Assembly: GCF_009914755.1 (NCBI RefSeq)
Contig: NC_060942.1
Reading direction: 5' to 3' (one strand)
Length of the DNA stretch: 64,000 bases
Origin: the human T2T-CHM13v2.0 reference genome, Homo sapiens
Shown here piece by piece: positions 1 through 12,860 of this stretch; the first letter of the stretch is position 1; each line of letters begins with the position of its first letter. A model generated the notes under the pieces. That model did no database searches. It was not told where the DNA came from and was given only the letters and a program-made list of their open reading frames with translations. A program made the translations under genes and the position numbers.

Positions 1-1050
1 TAATATGTCCTCTTTCAATTCAGCTCCTCTAGTGTATTTTTTATTTCACTTGTTATACATTTAAACTTCAGAAATTCAATTTGATTCTTTTCAATAACTC
101 CTATTGTTTAATGCTTTCCTGATGTGACATTGTCATCATAGTTTTGTCTTTTAGAATATTTTATTTTAGTATTTTGAGCATATTTAGTATTTAGTCACTC
201 TCATAAGCAGCTTCCTTTACCTTTTATTTTTTTTCCTTATGTATAGGTCATATTTTTCTGTTTCTTTGCATTTCTTACAAATTTTTGTTGAAAACTAGAA
301 ATTTTAGATAATATAGTGTAGTAATTCCAGGTACTTCCTCCACCCTAAGCTTGTTATTGTTATGTGCATGTTTATATGTTTCGTGAAAGGCTAGATTATT
401 TTAGTTAAGTCTATTTCTCCTCAGTGTGAAGACTCTGACGAATAGGACTCTACCTCTTTCCTTGACAACACATACAATTAAGCTCCATTAATTGCTGGCC
501 CATTTAATTTTTTTTTCAAGTGTGCCCTCAGGCACAATTTACTCCACAGCCTGCTCTAATTAAATGTGGGCTCCTTTGTATAGATAGCATTTGAGATTTG
601 AGTTTCCGGTTTGCTTTGACACCAGGAGGGCGCTCTTGAGCTGTCTCTTTCCTGATTCACTTAGGTAAACTAGCTGCCCGTGGTTTGGTATATCACAATA
701 AAACTACCAGTCTCCTCTCATTTCTTTCCACCAAATTCTCTATTGTTATTGACAGTTGCCTTAATCTTGAACTTACTCCACACTGTATAATGAAGTGAAT
801 TTCTTTGAGAAGGGCTTCAGAGATCTTTGTTTTATTATATCTCTTTCCATTTGCACACACGAAGAAATCTGAATCAAGAGTCTGCAGCGGGGGCAGAGAT
901 AATAGCATGCTTCTCTCCGAGTGACACCCTTGTCATAGGAGTGACTGCTGAGACGGGTTCTGTAGCCTCTAGCCTTCTCAACTTGCCTCTCCCAGGATAG
1001 AACCTTCACACTACAAATGTGTCAGGATGATGGCAGTGAGTCTCTAGTAT
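1..1050 (-). mobile_element. Ancient L1M (L1MC/MD/ME-type) ORF1/5' region fragment
   Basis: T-rich antisense ORF1-like text (tttttatttcacttgttatacatttaaacttcagaaattcaatttgattctttt) grading into GC-richer 5'UTR-like sequence; boundaries approximate. Confidence 0.55.
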
Positions 1051-1969
1051 TAGTGCACTACACCAGAAATACAGCCCTCACTCCATCAGAGCGCAGAGCA
1101 ATCCAATCCTTAATAAAGAAGTGAGGTAGGGAAGATTAGGCGTACGAATCCCAGCTAAAGAAGTTCAGTGAAGATAGAGTCTTGGAGCCAAAACTGGTTG
1201 TCAGAGAAGTTCCACGTCCCCTGATAAGGAGTCTGTCTTAGCATCCTGGGCATTCTAAGTCATTGACTAGGATTATGCCACGGGAAGCATGTTAGGTAAA
1301 ATTAAAAGATTGTTTTCAGAGGGCAGTAACTGAGGTCCTTAGCATTATAGTTATTTGGAGTTCTATGAGGTACATTCTTTTAAATTCACGCACACATACA
1401 ATCACACACAAAAACAATAACTTATAATCTTTTAAAGTTATGAAGATAATATATTCACACTTAAGTGTGATTATACCCCAAGGAGGCAATAAGAAATATA
1501 GAGGGAGATTTTGATGTTTTCTCTACTTTTGACATTTTATTTTGTGCATATATTTGAATTATATTTATATATTTTAAAAAAATCTCTGCATACACAACAT
1601 CACTTATTAGACATAATTTGTTCACAAGAAAACATACACAAAAATTAACAATTACCATTGTTCTATTGTTTGTGACTTACTTAAAAATGTATTTAATCAC
1701 TAATTTTCTATAAAGAACATATGCAATTTTTCTCATAATAAAATTAAATGTTTTAAATGATATATATTAATAAAGGTAATAATTGCCACTATAAATAAAT
1801 CTTCTTTTCATTATGACTTTCTGGTGATCTATTCTCCTTGACAGATTTTCTTTCCTGTTTGGATGTATATCCCAAGCCATCCATTTTCAAGTATAACTAT
1901 CTGTGTAGCAGGACATGTAAAGTAACCAATAGTTAGCCAAATTAAGTGCTGCCTCTACACATGCCAGTG

Positions 1970-2070
1970 AGAATGTGAACCCTTGGAAGGATGAAACATG
2001 ATTCCAATCATTTCCATAATTACTGCAGTACCTCATGCAATGCTTTGGTCATCTGTAGACACCAAATGTC
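1970..2070 (+). mobile_element. L2 3' end fragment
   Basis: gaatgtgaacccttggaagg...cagtacctcatgcaatgctttggtcatctgtagacacc resembles the L2 3' terminus (actgtaagctccatgagggcaggg...cagtgcctggcacatagtaggcgctc). Confidence 0.45.
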
Positions 2071-2759
2071 TATATCATAAATACACTACTTAGAGAAATA
2101 CATGGCCAACATTAAATTCAGAGCAGGAGCATAAATGAAATCATTGTACATTATGTGTTTCTTCCTTGTAGTGTACTTTTCTGCACATAACTTTGCAACC
2201 ACATTCAAAAGAATGTCCAGAGAAGACATGCTTTGCTTGCAATTCTAAAACGCATAATAGCTCTGGGGCTGCTTAGAATTGAATTGCAGTGGAATGAACT
2301 GAAGAGAAACTTACAAAGTTTCCACTTCATATCCTGCTTAACTTCAGTTATTTTTCCCAAATGGTGGAGCAACTGTTTTGAAGAACTTCCAAATATTTTC
2401 TCCTGAGAGTGAGAAGTTCTTACACTTATAGTTAAAAGAAAATTGACTCAAATACTATCTTGAAAGGAAACAGATAAAAATAAACACCCACAGAGAAATG
2501 CACCAAGATGCTGAAGTAGCCTAAAGAGAGTTTATTAGTTTACATATTTAATCACATCATTCAACAGAAAAGAATGCTATTTAACTTGTATCACCAGTGG
2601 GCTTGGTATCTGAACCATGACAGCTCATATTCTTAATACCAAAATATTTATTAATTTACTATCATGCATTAAAGCTATTCTTTTATGAGTTAAAAATGAT
2701 CTCATAAATCTTACAGTCTAAATAAATACAAACAAAACAGTTTCAAATTCTAATAAGTC

Positions 2760-2990
2760 CAGTGGAGAAAATAAAATATGATAATGTAGTAGAGATCTGG
2801 AGAGCTAATGTAGATTGGACAGTCAAAGAAAGTCACTTTGAGGAAGTGACGTTTAAGCTGAGATTGGAATAAAAGGGAGAAGCCTAGCTGGTAGTCTTTT
2901 TATGGTCTGAAAATGCAAAAGGGACCCAACAGCATGAGAGGTGTGTGTTTCTTGGGGGAGGGGTAAAGGAAAGGAGTATAAATGGATGGA
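2760..2990 (-). mobile_element. L2 fragment
   Basis: gtcaaagaaagtcactttgaggaagtgacgtttaagctgaga is the typical antisense L2 motif (agggaaggcctctctgaggaggtgacatttgagctgaga). Confidence 0.55.
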
Positions 2991-4123
2991 GAGTATTAGA
3001 GTGGAAAAATGAAGAGCAACTGTGGAAAAAATAGGACTGCGTAATGGGATGGAATAGGGCAATAACCAAAAAGAATCAGTAAAAATCTGTGGACGAAGAG
3101 AGTCTAAGATACATATGCTTTTTTTCAGAGTTGCTTTTAAAATAATCATTTCAGTTGAAAACAAAGATCATAAAAAACAATAAAGTTTGAAAAACACAAA
3201 ATATAAGTAACACTTCATAAGTAAACTGTGTATCTTTTTTTCATTTACCTATTTATGTTGAACATCTATGTGCTAAAAGTATTTAATTTTTCTCAAAAAT
3301 TCAATAAAATGTTAAATTATAATAAAATTATAAAATTATAATTATCTACTCTAAAATGCTATATTTTAGAATTAGATGTCTACTTCCTTCAACAGACACA
3401 AATGTAGTTTTTTATAGTAAACTCAACGTAACTTATAACTGTTTATTTTTATTAGGTATACCCTAAACTTTCTGTAACAAAAAAATTTTGAAAAGATTAT
3501 ACTGAGAATATTTATATTATCATTTGATGTCAAACTTATTTTCCAAAGTTAAAATTATGTCAACTTCCAGACCATAAATGTATAGTACCACCAACTTCCC
3601 CCAAAAAAGACATAAGATGAAATAAAATAACAGCAGGGACTGAAAATCCCCTTTCTTTCCTTCCACTACTTTTACCCCTATTTATGTAAGTAGATGGTGT
3701 ATTTTCCATACAACCAATCCACCATAGCACATTGCAAATCATCTTGTGAATTTTTAATAATATAATTTAAGTTTTCTAAGAGAAAATAATATTTTATTAT
3801 TTCATTTGCCAATACATGATAATTACAATTGCTCATATTTAAGTATCGTCATAACAAGTAAAGCAGAATATGTAAATATGCCAATAAAACAATTTACTTT
3901 TTAATAAAATTCAGGTGTTTCACAAATATCCAAAGTTCATCAATTTTCTGAAAGTAAAGAGAAATTTTCTTCAATGGTACATTAATACCTGCTGGCACCA
4001 CCATAGCATGAGTTTTTTTCTTTCTTATGGAGAGTAGATGGGGTTAGTAAATTGGGATTATTCTTAGGCTAGTTATGCAAAGGTCTATCTGCCTTTTGTA
4101 AGGACTCCTTTTCCTATTATCAG

Positions 4124-5225
4124 TGAATTAGTTTATTCTCATGCTGCTATAAATAACTGCCTGAAACTAGGTAATTTACAGAGGAAAGAGGTTTAATTGA
4201 CTCATAGTTCCACAGCACTGGGGAGGACTCAGGAAACTTACAATCACGGCAGAAGGGAAACAAATACGTCCTTCTTTTCTATTGCATCATCAGGCTGCAA
4301 ATTTTCCAAACTTTTGTGCTTTGCTTCCCTTTTAAACATAAGTTCCAATTCCAAACCATATATTTGTGAAAACAGAAAACTGGATGCTTTTAAGAGCACC
4401 CAAGTCACCTCTTGAGTGCTATGCTGCTTAGAAATTTCTTCCAACAGATACTCTAAATCATCTCTCAAGTTCAAACTTCCACAGATCTCTAGGGCAGGGA
4501 CAAATTGCCACCAGTCTCTTTGGAAAAACATAGCAAGAGTCACTTTTATTCCAATTCCCAAAAAGTTCCTCATCTCCATCTGAGACCACCTCAGCCCGGA
4601 CTTCACTGTCTATATCACTATGTTGGTCAAAGCCATTCAACAAGTCTCTAGGAAGTTCCAAACTTTCCCACATCTTCCTGTCTTTTGAGCCCTCCAAGTC
4701 TCTAGGAAGTTGAAAATATTCCCACATTTTCCTGTCTTCTTCTAAGCCCTTCAGACTGTTCCAATCCCCTCCCTGTTACCCAGTTCTAAAATCTCTTCCA
4801 CATCTTTTGGTATCCTTATAGCAGCACACCACTCTCTGCAGTACCAATTTACTGTATTAGTTCATTCTCACTCTGCTAATAATGATTTACCTGAGACTGA
4901 GCAATTTTTAAAAGAAAGAGGTTTAATGGACCCACATTTGTGTATGGCTGGGGAGGCCTCAGGAAACTTACAATCGTGGTGGAAGGGGAAGCAAATATGT
5001 CCTTCTTCACATGATGGCAGGAAGGAGAAGTGCCAAGCAAAAGGGGAAAACCCTGATAAAGCCATCAGATCTCATGAGAATTCACTCACTATCACGAGAA
5101 CCTCATGGAGGTAACCGTCCCCATGATTCAATTACCTCCCACCGGGTCCTTCCCACAACACATGGGGATTATGGGAACTACAATTCAAGATGAGATTTGG
5201 ATGGTGACACAGCCAAACCATATCA
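4124..5225 (-). mobile_element. THE1 (ERVL-MaLR, THE1C/D-like) provirus with large deletion: partial LTR 4124-4276, internal 4277-4852, full LTR 4853-5225
   Basis: Two LTR copies start tg(a/t)attagtt; the right one ends cagccaaaccatatca; THE1-int text lies between; perfect 5-bp TSD ATCAG at 4119-4123 and 5226-5230. Confidence 0.92.
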
Positions 5226-6701
5226 ATCAGCATGAAGACTATATTATACAATGGCTAAGGTAACTTTGTTTAGGTTCTCTGCTTGATACCATATGTTGTA
5301 CCTAAAGAGTCTATGCCACAATTAACTCTTTGAGAATTACTATTGATACATTATTCATGAATATCATTAATTTGTTAGATTAATTTTCCAAATTAAAGAG
5401 AATCTTGTTAATCAATGTTAGGACTGAGGAAGAAAAGAATTGTGACTGGATGTCAGAGGGACCATAGGATAGTAAAGTGCCTCTTAGAATGTATTATGGG
5501 AGCTTTGTTTTATTGTGTGCATGAAACCATCTGCCACCTTTATCTTTTTCCAAGTGTCATTATTTCACAGCATCTCAGGGCTCAGTTTGCCAAAATATTT
5601 GAAAACTCTCAATTTTAAGCAGAAGAACAAGTAATGAACGGTTTGACAGAAACTAACACTTGGAAATGAAATAAGATAAAATAAATTTCATATTGTGATG
5701 TTTTATTGTTAGCAGAAGCTAAACAATGGTTTTGCCTGGGAGTGATGAAGGGACCCTTTGGTTTTTGTTTGTTTGTCTTTTTGGTTTTTGGTTTTCTGTT
5801 TTTTCTTGGCAGCTAAGAGAGCAAATTATGCAATTAACTGAAAAGATAACAAACATCAAAGCATCTTTCATTTTTTTCTGCTAGAGATTGGTATAGTCAA
5901 GGTTTTCTCAAGCCACCAGTGAAATATTTGCTGCTCCAGTCAGATGTGAATCATTGCATTTTCTTACAGAAAAGCAGGGAGAATGAGGAAAAGAGTAAAA
6001 CAAAAGTGAAAACAAAAAAAAACAGAGTTCTGACAGATGCAACCTGCCAGTTCAACTCTGTAGAATCTAGTTCCAATCCTGGCCCATCATTTCTCTCGCC
6101 AAGGATCTCCAGCTCGGTAAACTGTAATTTATCTAATGCTTTGGGAATTTATAAATTGCTGTGATGCATATTATCTCAGATATAGCTTCTCACAAAATTA
6201 ATTTTATGATGTGCTAGTATTAATTAGATTCCTCTATTTCTTCAAAATGGCAAATGTTACTACCTACTAAGGTGATATCCAAAGTATATCGACGTCCTAA
6301 TCAAAATATAATATCTGCATTATGAACCCTAAACAGAGAATTCAACTTTAAACCATTTGCAGTCAATCTTTTTATACGTAATAGAAGGAAGGTAGGAAGG
6401 ATACTGACAGATTAACTGTCCCTCAATTTATCATCATAGTAGAGTATTAAAACAGAGATCCAATAATAGTAAAAACAGTGATTCAAACTGGATCCAATCT
6501 GAGGGTTCAATCCTGGTACTGTGGTTGTTATATATTAGTGGATGCACACATAACACACAATAATGCAGCAGTTAGAAGCAACAGAGTAGCTGTTCACTTG
6601 GCAACATGGATAATATTGACAGTGATACTTCAAAATATATATGAAATCTTACCACCTACTAGATTCAAGCAGGCATCATTCCTGTGATGAGCTTTTAACT
6701 A

Positions 6702-7476
6702 TGTTACCAAAACACCAGGGGTTTGGTCTAAGGTCCTGCTGCTTTCCACACAGAAAGCCAGTCACTGAGACAACAAGTAATGCCAAGGAAGAAGGCTTTA
6801 ATTCGGTGCTGCAGCCAAGGAGATGGGAGCTCAGTTTCAAATACATCTCCCTGACTGACTAACACCAGGGATTTATATAGCAGGTTAGAAATGTAAGAAT
6901 GTATTAAAAAACAGGACTTGCCGGGGGAAAGGAAGCAATCACGGTGAATGAGGGGTCCAGCATCTGATGTGGTGATCTGGTTTCAGTTCTTTGACACTTT
7001 TTTGTTCGTTTGTTTGTTGAGGCAGAGTCGTGCTCTGTCACCCAGGCTGGAGTGCAGGGGCCTGATCTCGGCTCACTTCAACCTCCGGTCACTCTGAATT
7101 CAAGCTGCAACCTCAATCACTCTGGGTTCAAGCGATTCTCATGCCTCAGCCTCCTGAGTAGCTGGGATTACAGGCATGCATCACCACACCCGGCTAATTT
7201 TTGTATTTTTAGTAGTGATGGGGTTTCACCATTTTGGCCAGGCTTGTCTTGAAATCCTAGCCTCAAGTGATCTCCCTACCTTGGCCTCCCAAAATGCTGG
7301 GATTACAGGCATGAGCCACCGTGCCCAACTGATACTTTTTGTGAGCGGCCTGAAGGTAATTTCCTGAGGAAGCAACTCAGTTAAAACAAATGTAAGGTTC
7401 AAACTTTAACAGCAGAAGGGTTCATTTCTATGTTCATCCCCAAACAATTGTCTATGGGACTCTTGAGTCAGTTTCA
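6702..7476 (-). mobile_element. Solo ERV LTR (LTR47/MER72-like), interrupted by an Alu
   Basis: TG...CA termini (tgttaccaaaacaccagggg ... gagtcagtttca) with 4-bp TSD ACTA at 6698-6701 and 7477-7480; subfamily assigned from memory. Confidence 0.8.
7001..7329 (-). mobile_element. AluS element with internal ~27-bp duplication
   Basis: Antisense Alu dimer; flanking TSD tga(c/t)actttt. Confidence 0.93.
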
Positions 7477-7551
7477 ACTAGCCTTCTTCATTCTACCTTG
7501 CTCCTAAGAGTCTACTGTCACCACACCAGCCACCAGTGATCTTTATAAAAA

Positions 7552-8049
7552 TGATAATGCTGAACTTCACCTGAGCCCTGCAGCACAGAAACACAGAGAG
7601 GTCTTAACTAATCACCCACATTTTTGTGTTCCAGGAAATAGCATACTGCAGAGCACCACCCTTCTTCACAGGACTCCACATAAGACTCATAGATGCCCTC
7701 CTTGTTACTCTTTGACAAAGACAGACACAGATCCCCTAAATTTTTATTCTTTGCTTCATTAATGATTATCTGAACTGTTTGTAAATCATGACCAATCTGG
7801 ATAAAATATGTGTCTTGGCCAATTGGGGGACAATGGATAAGTTATATGTGGTGGATACACATATAACACGCAATGATGCAGCAGCTGGAAGCAACAGAGT
7901 AGCTGTTCACATGGCAAGAAAGGAAAATTCCCTTCTCCCAGACCTTTGGCTTTTTCTCCTCCTAATTCAATATTCTCCTTTCCCTTATTATGCTAATCTT
8001 TTCCAATAAAGTCTCTCCTATCTAAGTCGAGGTTTGTTTTAACTTGACA
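7552..8049 (+). mobile_element. Solo ERV1 LTR (MER67-like)
   Basis: tga...gctgaacttcacctgagccctg start; ataagactcatagatgccctccttgtt core; AATAAA near 8005; ends ttgaca. Confidence 0.75.
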
Positions 8050-10524
8050 AATCATGCCTCAGATCACATTACTCCTCTCTTCAAATTCAACCATAGCTTC
8101 CATTCATTCAGAGTCAAACCAAAAGACATTATTATAGTCAACATATATACATTTTAAGCAGCGTGTATAGAAGGCTTCAGATTATCCAACTAGAAAAAGC
8201 GTAGATGTTTTCTTATTTATTTATTTTTTTTTTGTTTTCCATCTGAAATCCTATAACATGTTTGTGAATCCCTTATTTTGCTTATATTTCCTGGATCTTT
8301 TGAAATACTTCTATTTGTTCCTTATAACAGATTTCAACATTAAAGATTTAGTTAAATTTTTTTTTCTGATTTATTTATTTTTCTTCAAGGAAGACTCTGT
8401 GTACATTTTGATCAACTTTTCAAATGTTCACACATTCCTTGAACTTAAAGGCTTAAAGATTTCTAACTCATGATGTTTGTTTCTGAAGGTGTGATTTTAA
8501 ACTTTACAAGTTGGTGTTTTTCATTATGTTGAAATAAATATTAATGGTAAGAACTAATTTTGTCAAGAAAAAAGAATGTCTTTGTTATCAAAGGCATTAA
8601 TTAAAAAGTTTATTTTTTCAGAAAATTTTCCTGAAATTCACCCCAAAGAAGGGAGAAGGAAGAGTGCTTAAGGTCACGTGGGCCTTCAGATTTTTGTTAA
8701 TAGTTTTCAGAGATAACATACTCCTATCAGTCTACGTGGAGAAACAGTTTGTTACTTTATCTTTTTTTCAATCAGGGAAATAGAGTAAAATTTTCAAAAA
8801 AAAATAGGACCTAAACTTTTTTTCAATCTAACAGTCACAAATTAGAAAAAAAAAAATCTTTTTGATGTCTGTGATCACAAGTAATCTAGATTTTACACAT
8901 ATGCTACATATTTAATGTAATGCACTATGCTCTTCCATTCACATAACTTTTATTCACATAATTAAGTTTATAGAAACTCTTGATGAAAAACAAAGCTGTA
9001 GTGGTGGAAATTGAGTATGGTGAATTCTTTGCTTTTTTTTTTTTCTTAGCCTGGCATAGGGGACAAAAAAATGCTACCAACATAAGTAGGTTATGTGTGG
9101 CAGCCCTCAGAAATAAATATATGCACGAGATGAGGTCTCTAGGTCACGGGATACTAGAATGGCTCAACTGGTAAAAGCATAGTACCACTTTCTTAAATAT
9201 ATTTTTTACCCGATTATTTCACTCACTTGCTTTTACAAAGTATTTTTTTCAGCTAAGGGAGTAGTAATTTTACAAACTGATCTGAATGGACATTCCATTT
9301 CAGACATGAGAAAGAAAAATGAATAATAAAAATCCAATAAATAGGACATATAGATAAAACAATATATGAAACTGGATCAGAAATTATTCTATCTATAATA
9401 GCAGATTAAATGTAGTGGAAGGCATTTAAAGGCATTAAAGGGGCATAGTCTAATGCCTAAACCTAAATAATTGAAAGGGCAATTTTTGAAAAAAGAGGAT
9501 TACGCCATAAACCCCAGCCGCAACTCACACAGAAGCTGTTCAAATTACTCAGTAACATCTGAAATTCTTCTCCTAATTTCTCCTAATGTAAGCATACAAA
9601 TGGGTAACCTTATGTTTTCCATTTAGGAATGAAAATAGTGGATATTTCATTTTTGGAGAAACAGATAACATTAGGGGAAAGAAACAACTTTACTAACGTT
9701 AGTAGGAAAGCAGTAAGGTTACCAGGAACACAGGTTACCTTGGAGGAATTCTCTTAAACCCAAGAGTCTCCTATGCTAGCATAAGATACACCCCCCCAAA
9801 AAAGTAAACTTGAGCTCACTGCATTTGACAGACTATGACAGGGGCCCAAGTCAAACAACTAAGATACCAATGCAGAAAGCTGATATTTCCCTCCCAAAAT
9901 AGTAGGCAAAGGTGGTCAGAGGGAAAGAAATTGATTCCTAAATATGAAGAGTCAGGGAGTATTTATTTACCTGTACTTGTGATCTTTGAACCAGTCTGCA
10001 TATTCCTAAGGATGTTCCAACAATTTTCAACAGACATACACCCACAGTTTTGAAGGAAGACTCAAATTCCCCAGGCACTCATTCATAATATAGTAATTCA
10101 TAAAATGTACTGCCTTAGAAGAAGGCCTCCCACCAACAAAACATTATTACTTACCTTATGAAGCATTGTCCTGTGACATAAAATTATCCAGAGTATCAAA
10201 GTGATCATTGTAATTATGAATGCCAATCAAAAATTCATAAACTTAAATCTTCAAAATCTTCCCAAGCTCTTCCCAAGCTTTTGAAGATTTATACAAAAAA
10301 TATAGTAAGATTAAAATGTATTATCAAAAATTATTTTATTGAGTTAAAGATGTTGGCTTTAAGTGAAAGAATAACATACAAAATTAAAAATCATTTAAGA
10401 AGGCTTGTTAAACAATTTTAAATGCACTTTCCTAGAATTGAGAAGCTGAATCTAATAGCTGGATAACATAATTCTGGCAAATTAAGTGGTTTCCAGTTTC
10501 TTGCTTTCCAAAAATTGAAGGAAG

Positions 10525-11935
10525 GAGACTTCTGAATTCACCAAGATGGAGTAGCCCCCGTCCTTCCAGGACCTCACAATTATAACTAAAAAATCTCTGG
10601 AAATAATACAACAAACAGGCCTAGGAAGACTCGGGAAGGTGGAAAGAAGGGGGCTGTCCAGAGTGCTTGGGATCTGTGTGTCTACACTGTGGAGAGGTCT
10701 GTGGGTTTCCGTATTGCCTCCCATATACTCTGGACAGAGCTCCACAGAAGCTTCCAGCCTGGAGCAACAAACAGGCACAGTCAATAAAACCTCTCAGGAA
10801 AGCTTGTTTCTCTAGCCAGGAAAAAGGAAAAGGAAAAGGAAAAGGATGGCCTAACAATAGAAAAACGTTTTAGTAATACTCAACTTACTCCATAAATGGA
10901 AAAAAAAATCACCACCGCAACTGCTATTACAGCAGGGCAGTGCAGAGAGTTGATTTTCCACCCCCACTGCATCCCACCCTACTGAGGGCAGAGGGGCTGA
11001 GCAGGGAACTGACCTTCCATCCTTCATCAAACAGAAGAAGCTGCTGCTCAGATTCTCATGCCAGGATAGTATCAGTGGAGTCCAGCAGCAGAGGCAACAA
11101 AATTTGATGAAATGGTACAAGGTGGAGCTAGTCACCAATATTCTTTACCCTTTTCCCTATGTCAGCCAGGGGCTGTGAGGATTTCAGCCTCCAGCTCCAT
11201 TTGGCGTTAATAAGACTGAACAAAGAAGTATAAGTCAGGGCTAACATGTGCTGTGCTCCATGCTCTGCCACTTATGATGTCCATAAGGGCCAATAGGGAG
11301 CTCCACTTCCACCTCCACCTGGCATCAAACAGGCAGAGGTGGTGGTGGGAGGTCAAACTGGTTGGCACTTTGATTCTTCTTTCCCCTTCCCTGCTGTCAG
11401 CAGAACCCAGCAGGGAGCTGAGCTTCCTCCCGACCCTGCTGCAACAAATGACAATGAAACAACAAGATCCCCTCGTGCTAACCTTTGCTTGTTGTCAAGT
11501 GGGACCTTATCTTACACCCACCCTTGCAAGGAATTAGTTGCTGCAAATCTATTTCCAGCCTCTTCTGGGAAAGAGGGAGTGGCTGAATTTCCAGGACACT
11601 CTTTTGCAACAAGGCACTGTGAGTCAGTGATGTGAACATATATGCTCACCTAATTCTCATGCTATACTTCAAATTAGGAACTTTTTGCAAAAGAAAAGAA
11701 TGGTAGAACACAGTCTCATAGTATGATATTCAAAATGTCCAGGATTAATGGAAAAAAATCACTGTTCATACCATAAAACAAGAACATTAGAACATAAATG
11801 AGAAAAGATGGTTGGCAAGCCAACACTCATACAGATAAGATATTGGAATTATCCCAGAAGGATATTAAAGGAGCCAAAGCAAAAATACTTCAAAAAGCAA
11901 TTAAAAATTACCTGGAAACAAAGAAATTGAAGTAA
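10525..11935 (+). mobile_element. Ancient L1M 5'UTR plus start of ORF1
   Basis: Starts gacttctg...caagatggagtag, then a GC-richer UTR, then ORF1-like caaaatgtccagga...cagataagatattggaattatcccagaaggatattaaaggagc. Confidence 0.6.
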
Positions 11936-11969
11936 AATCTAATCTGGCTGTCAGGTGATAAATCATTAA

Positions 11970-12860
11970 AGGCAATTCTTGATGATACATTATTATGATT
12001 TTTGGCACATAACTTGGCTTGAATTCAAATAATTAAGTTATACTTCTATAATAAAATTCCATCCAATCCTATCTATTTGTTAATGTGAACAAATTTTCTC
12101 AGTGCTTACACATTCAAAAGGAAAAAACAAGAATAGAATTGATGCTGAATCATTTCTCATTCATGCATTGAAAAATGTTCATCTTCAAATAATTCAACTA
12201 GTTAGGAGAAAAATACACCTCTTACATCTTATTAGGAGGTCTAATTCTGAAATTTTACGTTTAGTTATTACTCATAAAATTTTGTAACATATCCTATTGT
12301 TTTGATCGGTTGTATACTAATAAACACTATAATGAAAACTCAATTCAGAACAAATTTTAGGACATAGACCATGAAATGATTTCAATGTATAAACATATTG
12401 TTATAAAGAAGTTTGGTAGAGTAAAAAATAAACAAATTCAAGCATAAAATATATTACATTATAATAAAATTGTGTGGAAGAATTGAAATGGAAATTGGAG
12501 TTTAAAGAAACACTTTTCTAAAAGTTCTAATTGATAAAGATGAGTTATTTTTCTATTCTTAAATAATGTTGAATATCAAGAATGCTCAAACTCTTCAAAA
12601 AACTGAAGTACAAGGAATACTTCCAAATTCATTTTTTAAGGCCGGTATTACACTGATGTCAAAGCCAAACAAGGACATTACAAGAAAAGAAAATTACAGG
12701 CTAATATTCTTGATGAACATAGATGACAAAATGCTGTGATATCTAGATTCCAATGGATACATCTAAAGTGTACTGAAACAACTTTGTGTTAAAATTTCAA
12801 GATTTTATAATATTCCATGAACAATATTATTTAAACAACTTGTGGAAAATTTTAAAAATC
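11970..12860. mobile_element. hAT/Charlie DNA transposon remnant (Charlie4-like), interrupted by an L1 fragment
   Basis: ataataaaattgtgtggaagaattgaaatggaaa ... tatctagattccaatggatacatctaaa matches remembered Charlie4-type text on both sides of the L1 piece. Confidence 0.5.
12587..12735 (+). mobile_element. Isolated L1 ORF2 internal fragment (~150 bp)
   Basis: ggaatacttccaaattcattttttaaggccggtattacactgatgtcaaagccaaacaaggac...aaattacaggctaatattcttgatgaacatagatg corresponds to the ORF2 'GILPNSFYEASITLIPKPDKD...NYRPISLMNIDAK' region. Confidence 0.88.

Larger units (their letters stand above)
6650..8130 (+). mobile_element. L2 fragment split by two LTR insertions (pieces ~6650-6701, 7477-7551, 8050-8130)
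   Basis: The rejoined pieces read as L2: ...ccacaccagccaccagtgatctttataaaa|aatcatgcctcagatcacattactcctctcttcaaa... Confidence 0.55.

Noticed and set aside
1120-1380. Possible old ERVL/MaLR LTR fragment
   Set aside because: It is too diverged to assign termini or family by eye.
4244-4727. 120-aa and 89-aa ORFs
   Set aside because: They are fragments of the decayed THE1 internal ORF, not host genes.
9160-9190. tRNA D-arm/A-box-like tggctcaactggtaaaagca
   Set aside because: No B-box, T-arm or cloverleaf follows.
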